NCBI RefSeq assembly: GCF_009914755.1
Contig: NC_060931.1
Strand: one strand, 5' to 3'
Source: the human T2T-CHM13v2.0 reference genome, Homo sapiens
DNA length: 64,000 nucleotides
In this document: piece by piece, positions 1 to 12,128 of the stretch
How positions within the stretch are numbered: the stretch's first letter is position 1
Layout: the number at the start of each line of letters is the position of its first letter
The notes under the pieces: model-generated
Told to the model about the DNA's origin: nothing
What the model saw: only the letters and a program-made list of their open reading frames with translations
The model's database searches: none
Program-made: the position numbers and the translations under genes

Positions 1-3000
1 GTTTTGCTGGTTATTAACTAGCTCCAAGACATTAAAACTTCCTTAGACTAGAAATGTTTATGTGTTTTTAATACACATAACTGCAGTCTTACTGTCCTGA
101 AATCTTTTAGCCTCCTGGAAACTCTTATTTTTATTTTAATATTCAAATAATATGGCTGGAACCTTTATTCTACTTTCTTGAGAATATCTGAGAGCTGTCA
201 TTTCTCCTTCTAAGCTCTTCCTCTGATACCTGGTTTCTGCCAATTTGTCCATCCCCACACTGAATCTCATCTGCAAGTACTTCCCTCATAGATTTATAAC
301 GTGTTTGCATACTGATAGCTGCTCTCATCTCCTCCCACCTCTATTGACACAAATTCATGATAGCTGTGTATAGTCAAAGTATTAATTATTTGGAGGGATG
401 GAAGTGGTTTATAGCACTGTACACTGTGGGCAGCAGCTTAAAATGTCATATTAGCTACCACGCAAAAATTCATCCATCCCATGCCAGGGGAAACCTTTTA
501 CAGGTCATGCTCCTTCTATGGCCCCAGTTTATTGTTATCTTCTGAGCCTCTGTGAAATTTTCCTTTTTTTCTAAGTTTTGGCACAAATATTCTTGATAAC
601 TCCTTGTACACAAAAATTAGCTTGCACTGTCCTCTGCAATGAAAATTTTGACCTTTAATAATTTGCCCTGAAGAAGACAAAAAAGTCTTTAAAATGTTTT
701 TTTAAACAAAGACTGTTTCCCCTTTTTTAAATCAAATGTGTCTGTTGTACAAATTATTACATAAATTTTGTTATACATTTATTGTTACAGTTGTTTATTC
801 AATTATTTTCAAAATATATTTCAAAATGTATTTTAAAAATAACTAGGTGAAGATTATGGGCTATGATCTGTTCTGAAAGACAGCACCAGAAATAAGACCC
901 CACCCCTACCGTCAAAATGCTCAGTCTACTGGTTGGCAGATGGAGAAGTGGTAAACAGAGAACTATGATGTAGTTTGACTTGAGCTATACCAAAAATAAT
1001 GTGGCAGCACCAGTGGTGTTATCTGGCCTGGAAAGGAAAATGTGTATGTGCGGGAGTGGGGGATGGTGCTCACAGAAGGCTTCTAGGAGGAAAAGTTATT
1101 TGAGATATTTGGGCATGAGAGGGAGGAATAAGAGAAGGTACAAAGGAGAAACGTAGAAATAAGGAGGGATAAGAAATGGGGCAAAGTACTCTCTTAGGTG
1201 ACTCTTAGGTGAGGGCTAAGTTAAAAATATACATAGAGTATTGTTAGCTCTCTTAGAGATCTATTTATTTAACATATTATCTTTGTGATTTTTTTAAGTT
1301 AATAGTTTCTTCTATTTATTTCCATGATGTCAAGATACTTTTCTCCTTTCTGAAATATAGTACTGAATTCCACGAGCTTTGTGAAAATATGTTTTGTTGA
1401 AAAATTACTTACATGATATAATTAGTGTGCCTGAGTAGACTTTTCATCTCCATCAGACATGGTGTAGCTGTTTTTGGAACAAATATTTATTGAAAAAAAG
1501 AAAATATTCAATTGCCTGTCAGTTTTCTGTTTAAACAGAAACAAACAAAAAGTTTGATACTTTTTCCTTCTGAATCCACCAATGATTTTGTCATTGACAA
1601 ATAACCTTGGATAATTAAGATTTATTGAGGATAAAACCTCTGCAAGGTAGGAACTTCAGAGAGTTTTAGTGTATGAAATATATTTTAGACATTAAAGAAC
1701 TGAATGTGAATCAAAACCTCTGATTCTATCACATGTGCTCTTAGGCACAATAAAATAATGAAAAAACACCCAATTCTATTCCAAAAAGCTTTTAACTTGA
1801 AATTGAACACATCTATTGCAGTTTAAAGGAAAGTTTTCTAAATAAACAATAATTATGTCGTGTGTTGTATAAATAATTTATCCATGTATTTTTAAATTAC
1901 TGTTAGAATTTTTAGTGTCTTATTATTTTAAAGACAGCATACGTTTTCTTTGTTTGGGTGGAACCATCATTCACTAATCTTTAACGTGGTTGTTTGCTGG
2001 TGTTCTCCAATTAAGCCTCATAGGTTGTGTAATTTATGAATGTTTAGATGCTAAATGAAGATTGATTGCTGTCCTGCACTTCAGTTTGAGGTATCCACAA
2101 AGGAAACATCTTTAGTATTTTTTCTGCATGACTATTTTTGAAGTTTTTATATCCCTAAATGCAGCAGTGACCTCTTTACAGCTTTTAAAACGAAAAGAAA
2201 AAATTCAAGCACTGGTTTGTAAAGTACCTAGCTGAAATGAAATTCCTCAAGAAGAGCTCATGAGATTGAGTTTTTCCATATCTCTTCACAGAATTTGCCC
2301 TCATGGGCATGAGGTAAAAAAGAACTCAGTGGTTCATGATTAATGTCAGGAAACTATGATCCTGGCATGACACAAACTATATCACCAAAAGCAAAAAGTA
2401 AAGAAAAATGATGATTGCTCAGCAATTTACACCAGAGGATGAAAGGGAAAGGCATTTTAAATTAATGGTCCCAAAGCCTTGACGCTGCCCTGCCACATTT
2501 CATCAATCTGGTCTGAGACATATCTCCTATGAAAAGGGGACTTCATAGTCACTTAACGAATACCAAACAGTAAAGTTTTTAAATAGAGGCTCCTTTTACA
2601 TTTTACATTAGAATTTTCTCTGTAATACACAAGGTTTTAGTGTAGAATTTGATTAAAATATACTCTGCTGCCTGGAAAAGCTTTTCCTTGTAAAGCTGCC
2701 TAGTTTTATTGTCAAAATGGTATTCGACTGCAATATCTTTAATTGCATTGAAGAAACTGGTAATGACAATTCATTGTCCTGAGGTTTTTATAGACCTAAA
2801 ATGGTTTATCTCTGCACTCACTTCCTTAAGGACCAGAAGTTGTTTTGTAGAATTTGTATAGAACGCTGTTTATACTGGTAAATTATGGTTTCTCTTCACA
2901 CAGCATCATTTGCTCTTCTCTCCACTCAGGATACCATCTAATTCTACAGTTTATGTAGCAAGCATCCAGCCAGATGACGATATGTAGTTGTATCAGTGTA

Positions 3001-3343
3001 GCAGTCATGCATTGCTATTCAGGTTTCTGAAAAAGAGTAGTGTTATGGGCAGTGTTCTGATTTAAACTTGCTCCTCATTGAACTCAGTATTGCTCCATCT
3101 TAGGTCATTTTTGAAAAAGCACAGAAAGAAGAGTTCCTAACGGGGTGGCTGCGAATCGATAATTAGAAGGAACATTCTCCATGAATGTCTTGCTTAGGAA
3201 GTATACCTAAGAATTGGGGTCTAAGAATATATAAACCATGTTTTTGGAAATTTATTTCATTTATGGATGTGTGCAGTTAACAAAGTGACCTTGTGGGATG
3301 GATTGTCTGCTTTTCACAGAAAAGTTATAAATGTTGTTAAACT

Positions 3344-3346
<3 letters not shown>

Positions 3347-3386
<40 letters not shown>
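3347..3386. repeat. (AT)n microsatellite
   Basis: About 20 uninterrupted AT units. Confidence 0.97.
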
Positions 3387-3389
<3 letters not shown>

Positions 3390-3680
3390 TACGTATTTAT
3401 ATAATTACATAATTATAAATTTATAGTCTTAAAAAGAGAGAAAGCATTTCATTCAAACATTAGCTTAGTAGTTTTTTTCTGTAACAGAAATGTGTACAGT
3501 GCTATTATGAAGGTATGCACTCAGTAGGTACAGCCACTTTTATTTTTATAATGTATTTTCATAACATCACACAGAAAAATACCCTAGACAATTAACATGT
3601 TTAGCTTCTGAGTTACATGAATGCAGCCTAATTAGAAAGGTGCCATCTAAGACGGTCTCAAAAGCAAGGAGGAGGGAAGG

Positions 3681-5345
3681 ACATTCCCTTTTCATGGACT
3701 AGAAGACTTAATATTATGAAGATGTTAGCACTACCCAAAGTAATCTACACTTTCAGTATAATTCCTACCAAAATCCCAATGATGTATTTTCAGGAGTACA
3801 AAAATAATGCTAAAATTCATACGGACTCTGAAAGGGGCACTGAATAGCCAAAACAATCTATAAAAAAACAAAGTTGAGAGACTCATACTTCCTGATTTAA
3901 AAACATGTACAAAGGTACAGTAATCCAAACAGTGTGGTGCTGGCACAAAGCCAGATATATACACCCATGGAATAGAACAGAGAGCACGAAAGTAAGTCCT
4001 CATGTATATGGTCAAATGATTTTCAATAAAAGTGCCCAAACTTTTCAGTGAGGAAAAGGCAGTACTTTCAACAGATGGTGCTAGGAAACATGGCTATCCA
4101 AATGCAAAAAAATGAAGTTGAATCCTTTACCTTATACCTTATACACACATCATATACACAAATTGACTCGAATGAAAAATCTAAACATATGAGTAAAAAC
4201 TATGAAAGCTGCAGAAGAAAACATGGGGCAAAATGTTTATAATTGCATTTGCCTGTTATTTCTTTGCTATGACTCCAAAGATAAAGGCAACAACAGAAAA
4301 AGAATGATAAGTTGTATATCATCAAAATTAAAAACTTTTTTTTACATCATAGAATCCTGTTAGGAGATTTAAAGGACAACCTATGGAATGAGAAAAGGTA
4401 TTTGTAAATCATATACCTGACAAGAGAGTAACAATATATCAAGGACTTCTACAAATTATGAACAAACAAATAAACAAAAAAGTAAAATAATAAAATGACA
4501 AAGGATTGAATACACTTTTCTCTAAAAAAGATAAATGCCCAACAAATGCATGAAAAGATGATGAACATCATTAATCAGTAGGGAAATGCAAATTAAAACC
4601 ACCTTACAACTATTAATATGGCTATTACTAAAAGAAAGCTGAACAATCCCCAAGAAAACTGAATATAACAAGTGTTGGCAAGGATGTGGAGAAATTGAAA
4701 CACTTGTGCACTGTTGCTGGGAATGCAAAATGGTGCAGCTGCTGTGGATAAAAAGTGTGGCAGTTCCTCAGAAAACATAGAATTGTCATATGATCCAACA
4801 ATTCCATTTTACTAGATATACACCCAAAATAACTGAAAGCAAGAACTTGAACAGATATTTTTACACCAATTTTCATAGCTGTGTTATTCACAATTGCCAA
4901 AAAGGTGGAAATTACCCAAATGTCTATCAACAGATGAGTGAATAAACAAAATGTGGTATATACATACAATGAAATATTTTTGATCTTACAAAGAAATTCT
5001 GATCTATAATACAACATGGGTGAACCTGGAAAACATTACGCTAAGTGAAGTAAGCTGCACACAAAATGGGAAATATTATATAATTCCATTAAGTGAGATA
5101 CATAGAATAGTCAAATTCATAAAGACAGAAAGTAGGATAGTGGTTTACCAGGAGTCAGGAGGAAAGATGGTGAGGAGTTATTGTTTTATGCATACAGAGT
5201 TTCAATTGGGAATGCTGAAAATTTCTGGAGATAAACAGTGGTGATGATTGTGCAACAATGTGAATGTACTCAGTGCCACTGAATTGTAAACTTAACAACA
5301 GTTAAATGGTGAAGTTGATGTTGCATATATTTTACAACAAAACAA
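3681..5345 (+). mobile_element. 5'-truncated old LINE-1 (L1MB-like): ORF2 3' part plus 3' UTR
   Basis: Decayed ORF2 C-terminal sequence (gtacagtaatccaaacagtgtggtgctggc; aaatggtgcagctgctgtgga) and an L1MA9/L1MB-type end (gtgaatgtactcagtgccactgaattgtaaactt) followed by an A-rich tail. Confidence 0.88.
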
Positions 5346-7385
5346 AAAGAAGAAAACTCATGTGAAACAACATGTCTGGTATTCATATAACCAGTGTTGT
5401 GAGCACTCACCTTTGCTTTCTGTACTACTGTGGGAGCAAAACAGGCTCTTAGAAGCTCACCTGAAATTTGAAGAGAGCAGAGCTCCACAGCTGCAAGGAA
5501 GTCTTGCATACAGCAGAAACAATTATATAAAGCTTCTTAAAGAATCTACCCCTATGATTTCCCTAAGTATATATTGTAGTTCAGAGAGAAATTTTGGGCA
5601 AAATTTTACTGTTGAAGAAAATTTATTTTATAGGGTATGAGGGTTTATAACATATAAGGTGCCAATACTTGAAAAGAATATTGTTTTAATAACCCAGGAA
5701 ATAAGTTAAACATTTGAACTCTTAAATATTAAAGGGTAGAAACAATAAAACTAATAAAGATAATTTTCTTGGTAAAACAATATCTTCATTCTACCTCTAC
5801 CCCATCATGGTGTCTTCACAAATTTCACCTTGACTTAGTACCTTCTTTCCTTACAAAATAACTTTTTTCCTGCATTATAATGGAGTGAAATCATGTGTTC
5901 AGAGGACTTGCAGAGAGAATAGGTTAAAGAGATTCTCTCTTTTGTTTCTCTCTTTGTTTTGGAAGCTGGAATCAATGGAATTTCTCAACCCTGTTATTTT
6001 AAAATAGCCCTGCATGAATCTTTGTAAGTCCATGCGTAGAGTGGATATAGGGCTAGGAGCTATTTTTTTGCTGTTAGAAAGTTGAATCTTCATCCATAAG
6101 AAGTTTAACCTTGAAAGGGTGACAATCAGTGATGAGGAGCCTTATGTGAGGATTGCCATTTTTCCATTTACGTTTGGCTATCACAAATACGTCTGAGCTA
6201 TAAAGAGATGAGAAACTTGAAAACAGATGGCCCATCTGTTTCTGTCTGTATGAATTGTGGAGCATTTGAAAGAAATGCCAATCATGTAAATTGAATTCTA
6301 AGAGCACTCTACAATTCCCTAAGTTTGTCCTTACAAGCCATTGTGAATCACTGCCGTATCTTTTTCTTATTGCAGTGAATTGAGAGTATTTGCTACTTGT
6401 AAAGATTATTTTGCTATCTAATAGCATATCATTTATCTTTAAGCAACACTAAGCAAACAAGGATTAAGATGACAATCAATCAGAATCATTTCACCTTTCT
6501 CAAATGTCTTTAAAAAGTGCATAATCCTGAATGACAAACAACTATGAAGTAGTAAATACGGGTGATTAAGAGGAAAAATTTTTGCAAGCAAAAAGTCCTA
6601 AGTTTAAATCACCTCAATTAAGTAAAATTCTTTTAATATATGTGTTATCTTAAGTGGGAATTGTCAAATTCTATTATATATCTAATTCATAAGTCAGTTC
6701 CAGAGAAAAGATAGAAGCTTTCATAATTTTTTTGCATTGACTAAACCATGCAGTAGCCCACATCTTTCCAGCATGTTTTGAAGGAATTCTTTATTAATAT
6801 TATCATATAATAACTAGAATTATATGTGTGTACAGATATTATAATACTTTCCTAAACAATATAGTGTTATGTATAATTTTGTTGCATATACTTCTTAAGT
6901 AATATTAATGTATGTGCAATAAAACCAGCTTTTTGGTGAGGTGTGGAAAGAGCAGATGTAATAATGGACAAAATGATTGTAACATTAATCTATAACTATT
7001 GCAACTAATCATAACTGTACATCTGAACCACAAGAGTAGCCTGGGCCTCACTTCTTGAAATTGGTTTGGTACGTTTGAACTGATGCCAAGTATGACCTGT
7101 AGTTTTAAAAGAACTCCTGAAAATTCTCAGTGCTCTTCCTCCAGTTAATATTTATTGATATAGAAGAGTGACGGCTCAGCCTTTATGTATTAGATAATTG
7201 CACTCTAACATATGTGTTATTGTTGTAACCTATTTGTAGAATAAATAAGAGAAGATGAGTTATTTATTTTCCTTGCTGTCCTTCTAAACTCATACTAAGG
7301 TGCTAGTCTTTTCCTGTCTGTATGTGAAGTTGAGGGTAGTCTCCATGACTTTTAGAGTCATTTACAAATAATAAAAGGCATCTAG

Positions 7386-7440
7386 ACACACACATACATA
7401 CACACACACACAAACACACACAATACATATACAGAGAGAG
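7386..7440. repeat. Imperfect (CA)n/(GA)n microsatellite
   Basis: acacacacatacatacacacacacaca...agagagag. Confidence 0.9.
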
Positions 7441-7780
7441 ATTAAAAAAACATTCTCAGTTCAATTATTAATATTTCAAGACACGTGTAATGTTGCAAGT
7501 AAGTCTGGGCCTCCCTTTGCTCCACCATAGGTGTACTGATTCCATTGCAGCTTGTTGCACTTCACAGGAGCCTGACACTTACAGGATCTAGAATTCTGGA
7601 CTTTTTTTTTTTTTTCAAGTGTAATACACCAGTCCACTGTGACCCCCAAACTCTGGGAAACACCAGGCTTTTAAATGGTCACTTTGGAGTCCCTTTAATT
7701 TTACTTACATATGCCTTACAGAGTTAAATAGAAACCTTTCAGTTTTTGATAGTATAAAAGGAAAGATGAAGGAGATGATG

Positions 7781-8133
7781 CACATTGCTATGAAGAACTA
7801 TCTAAGACTGGGTAATTTATGGAGAAAAGAGGTTTAATTGACTCACAGTTCCACAGGCTGTACAGCTGTCATGGCTGGGGGACCCTCAGGAGACTTTCAT
7901 TGCAGAAAGGTGAAGGGAAGCAAGAACATCTTCACATGCTGGCAGGAGTGAGAGAGCAAAGGGGGAAGTGCTACACACTTGTAAACAACCAGATCTGGTG
8001 AGAACTCACTCACTATTACGAGGGGGAAATCCACCCCCATGATCCAATCATGTCCTACCAGGTCCTTCCCCCAACACTGGGAATTACACTTCGATGTGAG
8101 ACTTGGGTGGGGACACAGAGCCAAACCACACCA
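7781..8133 (-). mobile_element. MaLR solo LTR (MSTA-like)
   Basis: gactgggtaatttatggagaaaagaggtttaattgactcacagttccacaggctgtacag ... gggtggggacacagagccaaacc matches the reverse complement of the MST/THE1 LTR. Confidence 0.9.
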
Positions 8134-8536
8134 ATGGACAAGGGAAAGACCACTTCATGTTAATGTCTCAGGTTGATGAAATAAGCAGAAATTTAAGAAA
8201 ATGATTTAAATTGCAAAGGTAACCAATAGTATTACTAATAGAACAATAGTAAAACACCATGGGGAGGCAGTCTAGAGCAGCTGATGAATAACAAACGAAT
8301 ACATTCTTATCTTTCAGGGTAGGAAGTCATGAATGATGACTAGAATTGAAAAAGCAAAAAAAAAAAAAAAAAATCATGTGTAAAGATGAGATTATAATTA
8401 GGAACTTTAACACGAGAAAATTTACTGTTTTTCAACCATCCTCATCCAAAATTGTTCCTGGAGCCAGAGAAGGGTGTGAAAGAGTACTGTAGGCCTTTGC
8501 TACCAGTAACTTCATTAGAGTTAATGGAAATATTTA

Positions 8537-8651
8537 GTCTACAGCCATACCACCCCAAATACACCTTCATCTGATCTTGGAAGCTGAGCAGGGTCTTTGG
8601 CTTGGTTGGTAATTTAACTGGACACTGCCTGGGAATACAGGACACTTTTTT
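8537..8651 (+). pseudogene. 5S rRNA pseudogene (RNA5SP type, retroposed)
   Basis: gtctacagccataccacc...tcatctgatcttggaagctgagcagggtc...ctgcctgggaatacagg aligns with human 5S rRNA (GTCTACGGCCATACCACC...TCGTCTGATCTCGGAAGCTAAGCAGGGTC...CCGCCTGGGAATACCGGG). CpGs are decayed, it ends in a T-run, and it is flanked by ggaaatattta / ggaaacattta. Confidence 0.93.
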
Positions 8652-10634
8652 ATAAAAGGAAACATTTAAAAAATAAGAGTGTGACTATATTCTAACCTTT
8701 CAAAAAAAATTCATCAAGAGAGTCTTCTAGATATTCTTAAAATTTAATAACAAAAATTAAGTCAAAGTTAACCGAATTTTTCAAGAACTAATTACAAAAA
8801 TGGTGTTAGAAATTTGTCATGTTAATGATATTTAATAAGGCAATATTAAGTTGTTAGGGACCTTATGTTGAAATTTACTAATACTATTGTCCTTTTTTAA
8901 GCGATAACTTTTGTCAAAGTGGCAAGGAGGTTTCGGATGGGCAGAAATTAGTGCACATGTTGTACCTTCCCTGATACAGAAAACCCTGATTCATCATCTT
9001 TTTCTGATTGTATCATTTTTGCTCTTGTCACTAATTTGTATTCTTTTTTCCTTCCTATGAATGCTTTCCAAATAGCATTCTCAACACTTTGCTCTCTTAC
9101 TATCCTGATGGATCCATCCACGTTCCTAGGCTTAAACATTTTAATTTGTTGTGTTTTCATGTCTTTCTTTGCCTACAAGATTGTGTTGAGACTGATATGG
9201 TGAGTGCCTTGAACACTGCCTGAAACTGATTGTCTAGAATGAATAAAATGAGCTAGACAATGAATGAATGAATAAATCAATGCAGTTATGGAAGAATAAG
9301 GTGCATACATTGCTTTCAAATTGTAAGGAGACTTTTCAGATAGGAAATGTCACACCAAAATATTTAATTACAGCATTAAGACTGGACTGATGAGAACTAA
9401 ACTGCCTCCTTATCAAGAGTTATAAAAAGAAGTACTGTGCTACCTCAGGTAGTTCACAATATACTGTGTACATCCTTAATCCATATTACATAGGTTAGAT
9501 TTATTTTTGAATATATATAATTTTTCTTGGACACGTATCTTTTCTACATATATGTTTATTGTTAAATGCATATTTTATATGTTTACAATTACAGTCTTAC
9601 ATACACTGTTTATATTAACTCTTTATCAGATCAAGTAATTACTTTCTCTCTGTCAACTGAAAATTGGGTTTTTATTAAAGCAGCTAATGTTTCTCTAATT
9701 TCCTTTATCCAGGTTAGAAAGTGTCTATCTCTTGGTTTTACAGATCAAATAACCTATAACCTCATCAAAATAAAGCATATTTGCTACTAATTACATTTAG
9801 TATATAGTGATATTAAATTAATTTTCCATGAAGACTCTATTACTGAGGCTTCATTTAGTTAATAATAATAAAGATTCTGGGAGTCTTAGTCACTCTCTTG
9901 TTGTTATAGCAGTGCATAGCTTTTAAAAGTGAATGACTTGATGTTCAATTGCGTTTTATAAAACATCAAGGTGCATTTACTTTGCCTTGTATAAGAAACT
10001 GATGAGTATGTGAGATGAGGTTAATGCAATGGGTAAAATACATCAATTCCATGTTACAACTAATAGCCTTAATAGTTTAGCAAACCATATAAAAGTTTGC
10101 TTTTAAATGGACACTTAGGCTAATTTGACAGCATGCTTGCCATTAGGCAACAATTACTGTCATTAGAGTGATGACATTTTTTTCTTCCATCCCCACTCAA
10201 TTCTAGAAAAACAAGAGAGAGGAAGAAAGGAGGACAAACTGTTTACTTCTAACATTAAGTTGTGGTGCCTGTGAGTCAAACTAATTATGCTTTTGTAGCT
10301 GAAACAACCAATAAATTTTCACAGCTGGTACTTTGCACCTGAAACACTTTGCATTTATTAGCTAAAATTATTTGCTATATACATGATTGCTTAGAGAGGG
10401 GAGATTTTTTTCTAAAGCTGTATTTTATATCACACTGGTAGTCATTTTCTTCCAATTTTTGAAACAAGATATAAACCTTCTATATAAATTGCATAAATAT
10501 TAGGGGTTTAAAAATTGTTTCGCTTAGTATTGTAATATAACATATAATAGAATTATTTCCAAAAATGAGAATCTTGACTGGCAAATACGTCTGAATACAG
10601 TTATAAAACCTGAAGAGGTAACACTCAACTGGTC

Positions 10635-10745
10635 TCTTCCTCCTTTGCTCCTTTTCTCTTTCCCTTCATTTCCCTTTTCTCCTTCCCTTCATTTCCCTTT
10701 TCTCCTTCCTTTCCTTCCTTTCCTTCCTTTTTTACTTCTCCATCC
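10635..10745. repeat. Polypyrimidine low-complexity repeat (CCTT/TTTCC-like)
   Basis: About 110 bp almost entirely C/T on the + strand. Confidence 0.9.
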
Positions 10746-10833
10746 ACCTTTCTTCCCCAAAGCAGTAATTGTGCAAAGTCTATGCTGTTTTCAATGACAG
10801 TAGACATTTAAGTGACATTATTGTATAATAATT

Positions 10834-11012
10834 GTATTTTATTTTATTTTGTTTTAAGTTCTGGGATACATGTGCAGGATGTGCAGGCTTGTTACATAGG
10901 TAAACATGTGCCATGGTGGTTTGCTGCACCCATCAACCCATCACCTAGGTATTAAAGCCCCACATGCATTAGCTATTTATTCTGATGCCCCCCCCACCCC
11001 CACAACCCTCTA
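10834..11012 (-). mobile_element. Short L1PA 3'-end fragment (about L1PA7-8) with TSD
   Basis: T-rich tail then aagttctgggatacatgtgcaggatgtgcagg...catgtgccatggtggtttgctgcacccatcaacc. TSD ttgtataataatt at 10821-10833 and 11018-11030. Confidence 0.92.
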
Positions 11013-11243
11013 CACTGTTGTATAATAATTTTGTCTATGCCTCTGGATCAAATGACACTGAAAAATAAAAACTTTATATTCCAAACATTTTATAATAAGT
11101 AAACCAGATATTCTAAGATTTCCTTTTGTAATTTTGCAGGTCTAATATTAATTTTTCTTTTGCAAAATCAAAGCAGATTTTACTGATATAAATTAAATAT
11201 TTTATTTCTTACCTATGTCGTTAAGAAAATTGTACAGAATATA

Positions 11244-11828
11244 CAGGGTTGGGAAACTGTAGCCCATGGAAGAAATCTTGCCCACTGCCTGTTTCTGTAA
11301 ATAAAGTTCTATTGGAACACAGCTGGAAACCATCATTCTCAGCAAACTATCGCAAGGACAAAAAAACCAAACACCGCATGTTCTCACTCTTAGGTGGGAA
11401 TTGAACAATGAGAACACAAGGACACAGGAGGGGGAACATCATACACCGGGGACTGTTGTGGGGTGGGGGGAGGGGGGAGGGATAGCATTAGGAGGTATAC
11501 CTAACGCTAAATGACAAGTTAATGGGTGCAGCACACCAACATGGCACATGTATACATATGTAACAAACCTGCATGTTGTGCACATGTACCCTAAAACTTA
11601 AAGTATAATAATAATAAAATTTAAAAAAAGAACAAAAAAAAATAAATAAAATAAAGAATAAAAAAATAAAAAAAAAACAGCCTTGCCTATTATTTCTTTA
11701 CTTATTGCTAGGCTGCTTTCACACTTCAAGCAATGGCAGAATTGAGTAGTTGCAACAGCTAGCAGATGGTCTTAAAAGCCTAACCTATTTACTCTATAGC
11801 TCTTTCAGCAAAGATTTGCCAAATGCTG
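11244..11828 (+). mobile_element. MER58A hAT-Charlie MITE, split by an L1PA insertion
   Basis: cagggttgggaaact...tgtaaataaagttctattggaacacagc, resuming after the L1 as ...ggcagaattgagtagttgcaacag...tttgccaaatgctg (degenerate TIRs). Confidence 0.88.
11321..11677 (+). mobile_element. Young L1PA (about L1PA3-4) 3'-end fragment with A-rich tail
   Basis: gctggaaaccatcattctcagcaaactatcgcaaggac...gtgcacatgtaccctaaaacttaaagtataataat plus A tail; close to the primate L1 3' UTR. Confidence 0.96.
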
Positions 11829-12067
11829 CACTAGAGTGTTCACTTAGCTTGATATTTTGACCGTTTGGTCAATGACTGAAGTTTCATATAGCATTGGTTT
11901 GAAGGTCATTGCTGCATACTATATAAGTCAGCATATGGACATTTATTCCTTCATTCAGCCATATCAAATGTTTCTTTTGCCAGGCAATAAGAAGACAAAA
12001 CTCAATAAGACAATTTTTGACAATAAAGAAATGTATAAATATATATTATCATGTACAAAACTCTGAG

Positions 12068-12128
12068 ATATATTCTGTCATTCTTCTACAGTTTGTATAT
12101 ATATTCTGTCACTCTTCTACAGTTTGTA
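12068..12128. repeat. Two-copy 31-bp tandem duplication
   Basis: atatattctgtca(t/c)tcttctacagtttgta occurs twice, with one mismatch. Confidence 0.93.

Noticed and set aside
6074-6427. 117-aa minus-strand ORF in unique sequence
   Set aside because: No recognisable domain, no coding-like codon bias and no convincing splice boundaries. One ORF of this length in 64 kb is compatible with chance.
8484-8498. gtactgtaggccttt resembling the 5S 3' end (GTGCTGTAGGCTTT) just upstream of the 5S pseudogene
   Set aside because: Short match outside the TSD with no flanking 5S similarity; probably coincidental.
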